Source: Raillietiella orientalis (Eukaryota). Taken from it: a stretch of DNA of 64,000 nt. A program made the translations under genes and the position numbers. Of the stretch, positions 28,010-40,960 are shown piece by piece. Position 1 is the first letter of the stretch. Each line of letters begins with the position of its first letter. The stretch is from assembly GCA_036172245.1 (NCBI GenBank), contig JAYWIR010000007.1, positions 248,001 to 312,000 of the forward strand, in the 5' to 3' direction. The notes beneath the pieces are model-generated. The model was not told the origin of the DNA. It searched no databases and saw only the letters and a program-made list of their open reading frames with translations.

Positions 28010-29474
28010 AATGCTTTTCGATGATCATCGAGGATTCCAATGAAGAGCATTAATTTCGTTTTTCAAAGTAGTTTTCGACAAATTTGAATAAAACAGTTCC
28101 CATAAATGTTATAGAATAATATAGAAAGATAGATCAGGATCATGATAACTGTGAATAATTGTGAAGGCTGTCAGTTTGAGAATTCTGAATTATTAGTGAG
28201 TATTCCTGATGCATTTCCATGTGAACGGAAGACAGGTGCAACGCTCCTTTACTTGTTAAAAAGAACGAAAGGGATTTTCATTCTGGTCTTGAAGGTGTTT
28301 CTCCTTTCTCCAAGTTGAATCTGATAGACCACATTGCAAACGTGAGTAGTTAGTATAAGAAATAAAGGAACAGGTATCTCCTTTTAAAAGAATAAATACC
28401 TTGAAGGTAAGTTTTGATTGCGATACACCGGTCATTTTATCAGGAAACATACAGTATGTAATCTTAAATATTTTCGTCAAGCAAAAAATATTGGAAACAT
28501 GGAACTGTTAAATGCAGTTATGAGTTCCATGCCTAAATCAGTCTCGTTCTGTGCAAGTGTATGTCGGTTGAAATTAAATTTTCCCTTAATTGAAAAAACG
28601 TTTCAGTTCTATGCATTTCTTTAATTTCTGGAAGAGATTTCCAGAACTGCTCATTGCAATTCATGAATTTATTTAAATCCAGTCTGTATAAAACCTCATG
28701 AAGTCCTTTGTCCAAATCAACAGATTCAGAACACCTTTCTGTATGGGGTAGTCTAACTCCAAAATCCTACATCTTCAAGATCCACTACTGATCATACTTT
28801 TATTATGTTATATCTCACAAATGAGGACATAATGAAAATCACAATATTAAAAGCAGTAGAGCAATGTGGAAATGGAGCACTTGAGCCAGGGATAATAAAC
28901 AAGTTGTAGTGTGTGGTGTTGCCAAAATAAGTTGTAAGATTCAGTAGTTGCTTCACGAGAAAAATTTGAAATTTGAGTTAAAAAATATCGGATTTGTATT
29001 AAACTCGTCATTCAAGAAATCTGTTTTCATGAATGTTGCTTCTTTCTCAGTTGCATATTTTTTTTCAAGTGTGTTGCACCACTCATTAAGCCTACTCATA
29101 AATGCTTGAAGATAATTTTGGAACACTTCAGTTTCTCTTGGAGGTTTGTTTTTATTCGTGTACTGGTTAATGATTTTGATAATTATAATAGCAGTGATGA
29201 TTTTCTTGTGTAAAGTACATTTTTGAAATTCATGCAATGACCAGTGTGCTAAATTCATTTCCAAACTCGGGAGTAGTGAACTAAATAATGTGCTTCTGCA
29301 TTACATTTGGTTATTGCATAAGATGAAAATAATTTAATGGTGAAATTTCACATTTGTTTCATATGATAGCCATGAGTAATATAAAATAATTATTCAAATA
29401 CATACCAGTTACCAGGAATTTGTTGCTATTACTGGAAGCAAAATTTTGGTAGCTTTTAATGCTGTAAATTTCAG

Positions 29475-32400
29475 GTTGATTGGTCCGAACCATTGCCAGT
29501 TGCTCTGATTTGCTTTCATGCCTTTACCATTGTTTTTATTCTTCATACCAGGCAATATGAGTGGTTTCAGTTTATCACTCTTTTGATTTTATGTGAGTTA
29601 ACTACTGTATATGAATTAATATCACATTTTTATTTTCTGTGTAGTTTCTTTGGTTTATTTTTCTGAAAAAATTAATGAAAAAGCTGCACAGAACTGGAGG
29701 TAATGACATTGAAAAAAATTATTTCTTTGGTTTGTAGCATATACAAGTGTGCAGTTGATGATGAATATAAGGATCGCATGTTGTGTATTCATTAAGTAGT
29801 TAGTATTGATAGCATTTTTAAAAATAATACACAATCTATTATCAGTTTTACAATAACAGTTTTTCTTATTTTGGAGTTGTTTTTCTTATTTTGGGTTTTG
29901 TTAAACAGCCAAACATAGTATGTATGGTTTCATACAGTTACCATGGAGTCTCTTACATAATAGTCTCTTACAAAAGTTTGCAACCACAGTATTACGTTCT
30001 ACAAAGATATTTGAAATATTTTTTGCTTTGTATTTGTTATGCCGATGAAGCACCAAGTGTCATTTCATCACACTTATAATTAAAAGTCTTAACAACGTAA
30101 GTTTAGTTTCCAGGTTTTTGCTTTTATTAAATTTTCATGATACGTCATTTCAAATAACGAAGCGTTGTTAAAGTAACATATACATGAATTTTTAGTGTAT
30201 CTTGGAATGTATCACAAAAATTGTAGAAACACATGTTTTATTATTGAAGAGAATGCTAATTATTGTTTTTCAAGGGTCATTTGATATACTTTGAGCTTTA
30301 AATGCAATATTTTCTTCCATTATCACTTCACATGCATGTTCTGTGCATATTTATTCATTGTTATTATTGATTCATAAATTCCCTTCAGTCTTTTGGAATC
30401 ATACATACTATAATCCCAGATGTTACGGTAATGCATTTGTAAACATAGGGTTGGAAACAAAGCCATTGTTATGATGGTAAGTATAAGGAGAAATCTGTGT
30501 TGTTGTATTTGTGTATAATTTTGACTACATGATTTGATCGTGTTTTGAATTTGTCCATAAGGCAATTATTGTTCTATGAAACATTAATCATAGCATACAT
30601 TTACATATATGCTTGATGTGTGCCTTCTTATGAGAATATATTATGTATGGCTAATGTATTTCTACTGTATTTTGTATACAATCCTACAATGTTTTGTGCA
30701 CAGTGTATCTTGAATACAATTGATGTATCCTCTGCCTCAGAGAAATAGGAATTGGAATCAAAAATTGTGCTACTAAATCATTATGTTTTATAAAACTATA
30801 AACAAAGTATTTGTGTAGAAATTATGTAAATTGAAATTACACAAGAGTGCTCATTATATTGCAGCATGGCAAATGAAAACTTAATAAAAGGTGCATTTGC
30901 TACAAAAATATTTGATAGCTACAATAATTTCTGGTAAGCTATCGTTTGAAGCAAAACATGTTTGTGATTTCAAATGATGTCTACTTTGCTGATGATATCA
31001 GAATTCACTTTCTTGTAATCATACAACTATCAATGATTAACAGTTTTGATGTCAGTGCATAAGTAGTAATTGGATGATGAATTGTAAATGTCCAAAAATA
31101 TATATTACTGCAATGAGCATTTTTTACATCTAGATAATTCGTTAAACGGCTTACTTGTTCCATGATTTTAAGACAAAATCTCTGATCAGAACAGGAGGGT
31201 TTATATGAGCAAATGTATGCCACTGCCAGCAATTCCTTGTATCAAATGTTAGTACCAGATGTATGTAAAATGCCAAAAGGATTTTAAAAAATCTTACAGA
31301 AAGTTGTCAATACTGTGTATAAAAGCCATGCGCTGAATGCTTGCCATGAGAAAAAGTACCTTGAGTGTTTCAAATCTCAAGCAGAACTTTTTTATCTAAG
31401 AAAATATTAATAACAGTGATAAGGAATATGGAAAATGATCAAAACTTGCTTGTGATTTGAGTTGAACAGTGGATAAGCAAGTCGGTACTCAAACCAAAAT
31501 AGAGATAGTATAAAGTGGGAGGGGGGGACATGCACACATAATACTATCTTATTGTGAATCTTGACAACAACTATGAAAATCTAGTCATTCGCAATATGCT
31601 TATCTGCCCTAGATTACTTATGAATGTGTTTACCCTTTTCATTGCCAACCTTAAAGTTGGCCAGTACTCAGTTATATACATCTTTTTGAGTGAACTTAGA
31701 TTGTTGAAATTATTTGTAAGCTCACAGAGAGTAAATGAGATCATGAAGGACCACCATCTGAACAAATGTGAATGAAATAGAATAGCATCATGAAATAAGA
31801 GCTGCTGTTTATTGATGCTAATCAAAAAGAACTCTATGTTTCAAAAATAGAAAAATTCGGATGTAAAATTACTGATATTGTGGTTTAAGATACATTCCTA
31901 TACCATTGGCAGTCGTGGTAGGGTGCTGCATTTTTCAAAATTACGATACCAAAGTTTGAATTTTTTATATTAATGCCTATTCCAGTGTGAATCTGCTGAG
32001 CAAGGTTGTAACATTAGCTGGATTGATCGAATCATTTCATGATTCAATCAATTTATATATAATATAATCATTTTATGATTATTAAAATTATTAATTTAGA
32101 AATTGAATTGTTTCATGTTAACATTAATGAAGCTGTATTCTTAAGGTTACATAATGGCAATGTAGATTATATAAAACTACGAATTTTACATCGAAAGAGA
32201 TGGAACTCATTTTTGAATTCCTGTATCAAAACAGAATGTAAATGACTTGTATTTTCAATTTCAGAGTGCTTTCTAAACACCAGTATTTTGATAGTAAAGG
32301 ATTTTTCATATCCATTTTGTTTTCAATTCCCATATTAGTGAATTGCACAATAATCATTGTGAGTAGCAATATGTATATTGCATTCATAACGAATTTTCAG

Positions 32401-32511
32401 TTTAATTTGCTGTATCGGTCAGCATCACTAATGGCACATATAAGAAAAGTACACATTGCTAAATTAAGGCAGCAGAGGAATTTAAATACTGAGGTTTCAA
32501 AAAGTGATTAA
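29475..32511 (+). CDS. TMEM18: Transmembrane protein 18; exons 29475-29592, 29645-29699, 32265-32358, 32401-32511 (first exon lies upstream)
   Basis: The spliced product is [15 protein letters not shown]...[44 protein letters not shown]..., carrying the TMEM18 signatures INExAAxNW and QYFDSxGxFIS. All introns are GT-AG with compatible phases (1, 2, 0). Stop TAA at 32509-32511. Confidence 0.93.
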
Positions 32512-33119
32512 GACAAGCAAATAAAGTTAGACAAAACAACGCAATCCGCTGTTCTGGACCTGTCTTGTGGATTGGTGGAAGTTATTGAAGAAACTGCAAG
32601 TGCCCACAACTATGTGGTTTACATGAAAGAATGAAATATTAGAATTTGGTCATTTTTATATGCCTGGGCATGTACCGGCAAATGTAAGTTTTAGCTAGCA
32701 CATGCAAGAAAAGAATAAAGACTTAATAATAGACAATTAGTACAGATTGAATTTTTTTGATTTGTAAGTTGTTGTTAACATTTATAAGTTTCAAGTAATG
32801 GAAATGATTTATTAGCATACCCCAAAACGGTATCAATTCTGTAGTCAGCTGTGCGTGTGTATTTATATGTATGAGTAAATATTGAGAATACTGTCACTAT
32901 TTCTTCAAAAGCACCCCTCGCCGTCTTCCCAAGTTAAATCTCCACCTTCCCTTTAGTTGCAAGAGCTGGTGGAGCTGATGCTCCTCAGAAAGTGCTGTCA
33001 TCATGTCACCTAGTCAGCGTAGGATCAATTTTCATGATGCTTGCAAACCATTCCCCAAATTAGTCCATCTGCACTACTTCTCGTCATGGTAAAGAAGTCT
33101 TGATATGAGACTGATTCAC

Positions 33120-36100
33120 TCCCCTTGTTCTTCTGGAAGATGACCGGAAAAAAGGGGAGGGAAGACCGCCGCCGCCGGCGTCCAAGAGCGCCGAGGCATC
33201 AGCAACCCCGGAAGGGGAGGAGAGCACGGCAAGCTGCTGCATCTCGGAGGAAGACCTCCCTGAGGAGGTAGCAACTCTCCAGCAAACAAGGCAACAAAGT
33301 AGGAGGGATGCGCCCAGAAAATCAGGACGCAACTGTCCAAAAAGAAGAGAAGAATGAACTGAAGCAACCCATCCGTCCTGAAATGGCGCAAGTCCTGTCG
33401 TTGATCCGAAAGATTGGGTTCTCATCCTGGAGCATCAACGGATGCACGAACTCGACGAAAAGGAGTTACGTGAAGTGGCTCTTGCGGCAGGAAGACATCT
33501 GCTGCCTAGAAACGCAGTTCATGACGCTGGAAGCACGCTAAGAACATGGGAGAGATTTGCAAGTGGACGTCCACTTCAACTAAGGCTCGAACAACTGTAA
33601 GGGTGTCGCCATCCTTGTGAAGCAGACCCTCGCGCCAACCATCCTGGGGATATCCCACGGATGGGCAAGCTGCATCCTGGGCCTGAGGATGGCGTGGTCC
33701 GGAAGCGTCCACCTGGTTCCTGGTGAACGTGTACGGACCACTGTTCAGGAACAAACCCTTCTCGAATGCCCTCGTGGAGTTTATAAGGAGCAAGAGCACC
33801 CCGAAGGACGGCGTCGTGATCGCTGGCGACTTCAACGTTCGCCTGGATGGCAGTCTCCACGGCGCCTACCTGCACATGATGGAAGAACTCGCCCTCCTGT
33901 ATACGGAGGCGAACATGACTGGCATCAACCACGTCATGTATTTGGAAGCTCTCGTCAACCATATCCAGGGGATCTGAGAACTAAACACCAAGGTCTCCGA
34001 CCATCCCCTGCTTAAATGGAGAATGGCATCGAGGAATCCCAGGAAGGAAAACGCGGTGCCCTGGGTGGCGCTCATTTGCATGCCCGAGTGGTATGAGCAT
34101 TTCCCCCCGTACAAGAGCATCGTGGAGACCATCCTGGCCACGACGAACATCCCGAGCGTGGATGACTGGGATACCCTCAAACACAAGATCCGTATTTTCA
34201 AAGCTCCAATACGGCGACCGGGACCTCCTCGAGGAAGCCTACAGGGGGATACACGAACACCACTCCTGCCTCTGCGTACTGGGAAGAGTATCAGAGGCGA
34301 TTCCTCGATAGGAGCGTCAAGAAAGAAATCGGACAGCTGGAAAAGCGAAACCTGGAGACGGATATCTTTCACGTCCGTTACCAGGATCAGATTGCAGAAC
34401 CTCGGAGCAAGTACTCGATGCCTACCAGCACCACCACTCGGCGTTGTTCAGGAAAAGGAATGTGGACCCCGGAGGCCAGAGTGGATTCTCCACAACATGA
34501 AGAAACGCCTGGCCTCCCACGAACAACGAGAACTGAGTGGAGACTTCACCGCCGAAGAGGTCAAGGCAGCGTTCGGAGGGCCGCGCATAGAACGTGGCGG
34601 TGTGTCCGTCACGCACTATCAAAGGCTGCCAGTCTCGTGCATCTGTTCCGTCAGCTGCTGGACTACATCTGCCACAAAGGACGACTGCCCGCTTCCTTCC
34701 ACCGGAGCAGGATGAGGCTGCTCCCGAAGAGCGGCGGAGACCTCGGTAATGTCACCCAGTGGAGATCGATATCCATCCTAAATTCGGATGCGAAGTGAAT
34801 GCCGAAGACCTATGCCTACCTGCTAAAGAAATCGCTGAGATCGGTGTTTTTTTTGCGCGCAAACGTGTGCCGTGCCAGGCAGACGCATGTGGGATAACCT
34901 GAAGTGCGCCCATGCTCTCCTGGTATACAGCCGTATCCTGGGCAACGACCCGGTGCTGGGCTTTACAGACATCGAGAAGACCTTGGACTCGGGTGGACTA
35001 CGCCATGCTGCTGAAGATCCTGGGGCTTCGAAGCGAGATTCGTGCAGTACGTGGCACACCCTAGAGGAGGCCAACTTCACGATCAGCGTCAACGGGTTCA
35101 CGTCGCACATCCATGTGGAAAAGGAGTCCGCCAGGGTGATACCCCGAGCTCCATGCTCTTCGTTCTGTACATGGAGGCGGAGAGTACCTCCGTCCACCAC
35201 GAGAGTCAGCTTAAGGGAATCACCCTGGGAGAAGAAGAGATGCGTGGTGTTGCCATCACGCACCTGGCCTACGCCGACGACCTGCTTTTCGTGATGTCGG
35301 ACGAGCGGGATCAGAATGCGTTCCTAGACATCGTTCAGGTCATGGAGGGCGGCCTCGGACTCAAAGTGAACCCCAGCAAGTCCCATCTGCACGACATGGA
35401 ATACCAGACATCACCGTCCTTCATGCCCATGGCTTCCGGACTGTGGACAGCACTTCGGGATACAAATCGGCAACGAAACACCAACCCTGGAGCTGCAGTA
35501 ATGGTCGGCCATCCTAGGCAAGCTGCACGAAGAATCCAGCCAGTACGTTGGAACCTCCTCCTCGCAGAAGGACAAGGCCAAACTCTGGAACGGGGTGATG
35601 GAGCCGATATCTAGAGGAACCTGGTCCGGTGCGTTGGAAAACCAAAGGCAAAGCTGAAGTACCTGTGTCGCCCGCGGACGGAAGGAGGTACTGGCATGCG
35701 CGACACTACGAAAATGCCGTCAAGCTCCAGGACCTCAGGCGTCTGGTTCGGATCGGGATGCCGGCTTGGGAATCCTGACGTTCTAGAGGATCGAACTGCA
35801 AATGCAACTACAGATACTGGCACTTCGTGCCAAGCTATGGATGACTTTCTGGTGTGCTCCTGCGCGCCTGATGCCGCGGCTCTGCGCCTGAGTAGGACTG
35901 GTTTCGTTGCTGCCGCATGCCCTTTCCGCCACTTGAGGCAATTCCTAAAGAGGTTACCGAAATCGCCGACGTCAACGTATGGACGGCTGCCAAGTGGCTT
36001 CATCTGACAGAGTTGCATCCCCGAACTGTGGAAGGTGCGGAGCAACGGAATCGCTTTCGCACCTGTTGTTTCACTGCGGTGCCCTCCGAGGACTGTGGCG

Positions 36101-36571
36101 GAGCCTGTGTTCGGGTCTCTTGCATTCGGGAGACACCGCAATGAACTTGATGTGCCTTTTCTTCACGCGAAACGGCCTTTCGTTAGGTGCGGTCGTCGCA
36201 ACGATCTGTTGCTTCTGCGCCATCGTCACAGCCTGTTGTGTGTTAGAGTCGTGAGCGGCCGCAACAGAGGTCACCAGGACTGCAGCCTGCAACATGAGCA
36301 TGGCTTCCAGGTGGCCTCACATTAACGTGGAAGTGAGGAAGGAGATCTCCGGCATTCAACGCCGGTTCTGAGAAGAAGGAACGGCCGAAGCTAAATACCC
36401 ATATATTTTTGTATTCATTTTATGTTCTCTCCCTCCCGTCGAGGGCTCTCAGTATGCCTGACCTGCGTGTCGGAAAGCCCTTCCTTTGAACTTCTGTTTT
36501 CTTTGCCTGGAAACTGTTTGCAGATTATTTCCATTTTTTTATTAAACGTCCCGGCGCAACCGAGTAAAAAA
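33120..36571 (+). mobile_element. Tx1-like LINE with most of ORF2 (APE-RT-zf-RVT), multiply frameshifted; copy G
   Basis: APE motifs: SWSING, DICCLET, VNVYGP, IAGDFN, SDH. RT motifs: LLPKSG..WRSISILNSDAK, QTCAVPGR, GVRQGD, LAYADDL, LKVNPSKS. Zinc finger CGRCGATESLSHLLFHC. Terminal hairpin at 36541-36571. Confidence 0.92.
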
Positions 36572-37451
36572 GAACTTAGACATCTGATCCGGATCTTCAG
36601 CGCATGAGAAGAGTGGCCGTTTGCGTTCCTTTGCGCCTTCGCAAGACTGGTGCATGGAACCGACGGCGTCATTTCCGTCATGGCGCTCACCATGGACTAC
36701 TAGAAGAATGTGGACCCAACGTGGCCACGAATCCAGCGTCTCATATGGACCCTGAAATTGAAAATCGTGCCAAGGAGCTATGGGGCAAAGAGCTCTGCAA
36801 GGTGATTCCGCTATTCATCAGCGTCCCTTGCGATACCACAGCATGGCTCAACAAAAACATGCCCATGGAAGAATGCGAGCGACTATCGACAAGTGTGGCT
36901 ATCCAGGAGCGACGAGTCTCATATAAAAGGAAACTGGAGGATAACGCACAGAACACGCAAGCCTTGACAAGACTGAAGCTCTGGTCAGAGGCGTGGCACT
37001 CTGTGGTCCAGGGTGAACCCCTAAACAAACAACTTAAGGATACCGGGAAACGTCACACCATCCGAAGCGATGGAAACGATGAGGTCCACACTGGGCAACG
37101 CCGCATTCGACCCACAGACGATCGGGACAGTCCTGTCGAGATTCTCGTTGTTGTCGGACGTTCAGGATAGCCTCTTGATGTTTTACTACGGAGGCATCCT
37201 GTGCGGCACGAAGCTCCAGCACCGGACACGGAATTCCGACAACGACCAGTGTTCAGCGTGCGAGTCGATCGAATGCGACTTGCACATCTACACCTGCCGA
37301 ACCCTCGTCCGGGATTGGAGAGTGGTGAAGCAGGCTTTAGAAATGGAGGACACGTCAACGCTTGAAATACTACGAGGCCTCTTCGAAGACGAAGAAGGCG
37401 TTCCCCGCTATGACCCTACCGTACGGGTGATCGTTGCCTTCTTTCTGAGGA
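36572..37451 (+). mobile_element. Fragment of a second, divergent L1-clade ORF2 C-terminus
   Basis: ORF 37070..37486 has LLMFYYGGIL...CSACESIECDLHIYTC..W (zf-RVT-like). It is bounded on both sides by the 3' ends of other Tx1 copies. Confidence 0.6.
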
Positions 37452-40070
37452 TTTTCACCCGGGTGAGCCGGGGCTTTCATTATTAAAATTTTTTACAAAG
37501 AAAAAAAAATTCCATAATAAAGTCTTTTTTTCTTGTCATTCTAATTTTTTTGGTTTTTCAGTCAGAACACACGTTCCAATTGTCTTGGGGCACTTGTCCT
37601 TATCGACCCGCAGGCCGGTGAGGTGCACTTCATTGGCGCAGGAGCGGGAAAAACAAAAAAAAAGAAAAACGCCTGGGGGGACAATGTTCATTGGGAGTTT
37701 TCACCCGGTCACGCCGGGGCGTTTATTAAAAAAAAACACAGTACATCTGCGGTACTAGGCCCCGCTACGGCCAATAGTTCCTGGGACCTGCCAGGAAGCC
37801 GGTTCGCAGACCGGCTTGACTCTCCTCGGCAGCGGAAGGGGGGGGGGATAAAACAAAAAGAAAAATAAATGAAATAACAAAAAGAAACTATTTGGGGGGC
37901 CGGGAAGGGATCACAACCCGCTGGAGGAAGAGACCATCCTTTCCAGGATGCCCTCGAGGTCCCTCGTCATAGCTCCCAGATGGGACCAGCCGATCGCGAT
38001 TCGCAGGTAGCGACCCGCGTGTGCGATGGCGTCCCTGTCGCTGCTTCCTCTGTTGGCTGCGCTCCACGCGGCGACAATCCCTCGGAGGCAGCAGAGCGCT
38101 GCCAGGGTTGAGGCTGGTGGCACGAAGAGGAGTCTCACAACGTCTCTGGGGGTACTGCCAACCGGCATAGGGAGGGTCGTAGCAAAACGTTCCCACAAGG
38201 GCCGGAGGGCAGCGCAGTCCACTAACAGATGGGGGAGGGATTCCTTCTCCCCGCACACTGCACAGTTCTGTCCCACGTTCCCCAACGTCCAGTGGTGGCG
38301 TCTCGCGTTGCAGGGAAGACCCCAGTGCAACAACAGCAGCGCCGTTTCCTGCCACTTGAGGGGGAGGATGGATGAATCAATAAACGACGGGGGCCACTAT
38401 AGGTCATCCGGGATGCCAAGCAGCTCGCCCCATGTTCGTATACCACGCGGGTGAACGCTTGGGGTCGCGGCATCTGCCAGTTCCCTCATGGTCCATCCGC
38501 TTAGATCCTTCTCCTTGCCCGCTATCCTGCAGGAGACTTGCCATCTCGGCTTCCGGCTGTTCATTGGGAGAGAGGAGGGAAGGGAAGGGATCACGGTGAG
38601 GAGGCCTCTGCATCTGGTTTTGGATGCGAACAAGTGCCGGCAAAGGTTTTCTAAGTCGGCGCCAACGGGAAACCTTCTCCAAGGAGTTGGCTGCCCAGTG
38701 GATGGCATTCCGAGTTTTTCGTCCTCTCCTGGTTTCGGTCTACTTATGCGAAATTCAGCGTATGCAGCAGAGCACTACTACACACGCGGGGGCTGGCATG
38801 GCGTCCCGCATCAGGAGGCGTCGAAAAACGTTTTTTGGGTCGCCAACCGGAATGTTCAGGATCGACGAGAGTCGATCCCACATCTGGCGGAGGGCAATAT
38901 ACTCGATAATTAAGTGCGGGAAGGTCTCCCTTTCTCCGCACTCTGTGCAAGTGGCATCCACTCTCCCTGAGGCCCAATGAAAAAGGCGTGCTCTGCATAA
39001 CAGTCCCCAATAGAGCAGGAGCAACGCTGTCTCCTGCCACTGCAGGGGGAGGGTGCTGTTGTCCCAAGACGCTGGGGGCCTCTTCACCTCCTCCGGAGGT
39101 ATTCCGAGCAGCTCGCCCCAGCGCACAAATCCATTCGGCGGGACACTCGGGGTTGTAGCGTCCGCTAGTTCCCGGGACGTCCACGCCTTCATTAGTTTTT
39201 TCCTGGCTCCGATGAGGCAGGACACTTCCCACGATGCCTCCTCTTGGCTGTCCCTGGCTTCTCTGAGGGAGGGCAGCACGAGGCAAGGGGGGTGAAGGAA
39301 TCCCACAGAAGTTTTTGTGGGTTGTTTACGATCTCCTGCAGGGGCTGGCCAGCGTGAGTGCCTCGGCGGAGGCAGGAGAAGTCCACATCGCTGGAGCCGT
39401 TGATTTTTGCCCACGCGGAAACTGACTCCTGAAGCCAGGCAGTACAGTTGGCAGAGAGTCAGGAGATCCACGCGTTGTTCCTCATAACTTCCATCTGGCG
39501 CAGCTGATGGCCGCAATAGCCCAGGCTGCGTTCGTATGCTACGAGGATCGAAGACAATCCTTCGCATCCTGTCGCTCTGCTGGCGAGGAATCGTGCTGGT
39601 TCTCACGAAGCCGTTTTCCAGAATTTCGCCGCAAGGGCAAGTCTTTGAAATTGGAGCAGCCGCTCCATGCGCTCCACCGTAAGGAGGCTCAATCCACCGT
39701 CCCTGCGTGGACGGTGGATTGGACCAAAGTCTTTTAACCGGATACGGAACTTCGCAGTGCCCCAGAGGGCTTTCCTCGGGGGGTCCTCAATCCGTTTTTT
39801 CATCACGGGTGGGCGGGGCAAACAAAAAGTAGGGGGCGAAGTAGGTGGGCCGCGAACGCGTTCCACACCGCGACCCGTTCCTGCAAGTAAAACTTACCGC
39901 TCTGGAACGGTCCGATCGCCAACTCTACCCCTTGTAGACGGTCGGACCAGGCTTCTGCTACGCAGAAGTCCCCCAACGGAACTTCAAGGTACTTGATGTA
40001 CCTGCCCGTGAGGACTCCAAGAGGATCCAGTCCGGTCGTTTGGCTCTGGCCGGACGGCCGGACTAGAAAG
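37452..40070 (-). mobile_element. 5'-truncated Tx1-like element (RT thumb to 3' end) interrupted in its 3' UTR by copy C; copy B
   Basis: KYLEVPLG at about 39980, RPRRDGGL at about 39700, and CTECGERETFPHL at about 38930. The ORF ends at about 38590; the UTR resumes at 37697 and ends in the family hairpin at 37452-37484. Confidence 0.85.
37698..38557 (-). mobile_element. 5'-truncated Tx1-like element nested in copy B with 13-bp TSD; copy C
   Basis: ORF 37911..38333 has CAVCGEKESLPHLLVDC, and the terminal hairpin is at 37698-37727. The perfect direct repeat TGTTCATTGGGAG lies at 37685-37697 and 38558-38570. Confidence 0.92.
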
Positions 40071-40199
40071 TAGTGCAGGTGGCTACGGGGTACTTGTCTT
40101 TAACAAGTACTACTTGCAAGTACTTGATTCCTCAAATTCTTGGCGTGAACATCTCAGCAGCTGGCCCTGAATCCACCCTCGCTGTGACTATCTGGGCTG

Positions 40200-40960
40200 G
40201 CACAAGCAAGAAACGCATCTTCTGCAACTGTTGATACAGACGGTGTAATGTCGGATTCTAAGTCCAACGCCTATACCTATATCCCTTCCTTCCTTGACAG
40301 TGACTTGTGTACGATCTTAATGTGCATAAACTACTTTCTTTCTTACTTATCATCTCTGGCTTCCCTGGTTCCTCAGTAGTTGCAAAGTCTTGGTTAGTCC
40401 AGGATGATTCCATAGACCTCACAATCCCAGATAAACGGATCACCTGCTATCAGCGACGCCAAGTGGTCAGGATGATGCATTCCATGCAGCGAATGTGCAG
40501 GACATGCGCCCTGATCAACAAACCGGATCAAGGTTGGGTCATGGATTGTTGTGTCTCCTTGCACCCAGCCTCCAGAAGTTTCCTGCAAAGATGCGAGCTT
40601 CTCCGATTTTCAGATTGGAGATCCATCCATCGTGCACGATGGAAGCTGTTGCTGCTGAACGGAAACACGAAGCCTCCCGGCTTCTTCGAATAATGCAGGA
40701 GATGCACCTGATCGGTATTTTGAGGGTTCCTCCACTACATTACAGATCGTCATTACTTAGTTATCTCTTGCGCCCTTCCGCAGCTCCAGCAGAACGGTCT
40801 ACGTAGATGCGTTCATCAGCGGGACACCTGGAGTTTGGGACCCAAAGGATGGAGTCCTGGCCAGACTAGGCATTCCTGAGCTACACGCTCAACTCCTCAA
40901 AGCCACAATGATCGCAGCTGTAATTCTTACATCCAGGAACATCTACGCAAGACACATCGA
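40200..40960 (-). mobile_element. Possible decayed Ty3/gypsy pol remnant (RNase H then integrase zinc-binding region)
   Basis: KNYS...ELSVAQECLVW..HPLGPKLQV resembles RNYS..ELLAV...W.HYLLG.KF.V. It is followed by NHPGLTKTLQLLR, resembling GHPGxxKTxxL. The order fits but the sequence is heavily decayed. Confidence 0.35.

Noticed and set aside
28256..29264. Nested antisense gene upstream of the TMEM18 core exons
   Set aside because: Short broken ORFs with no recognisable homology.
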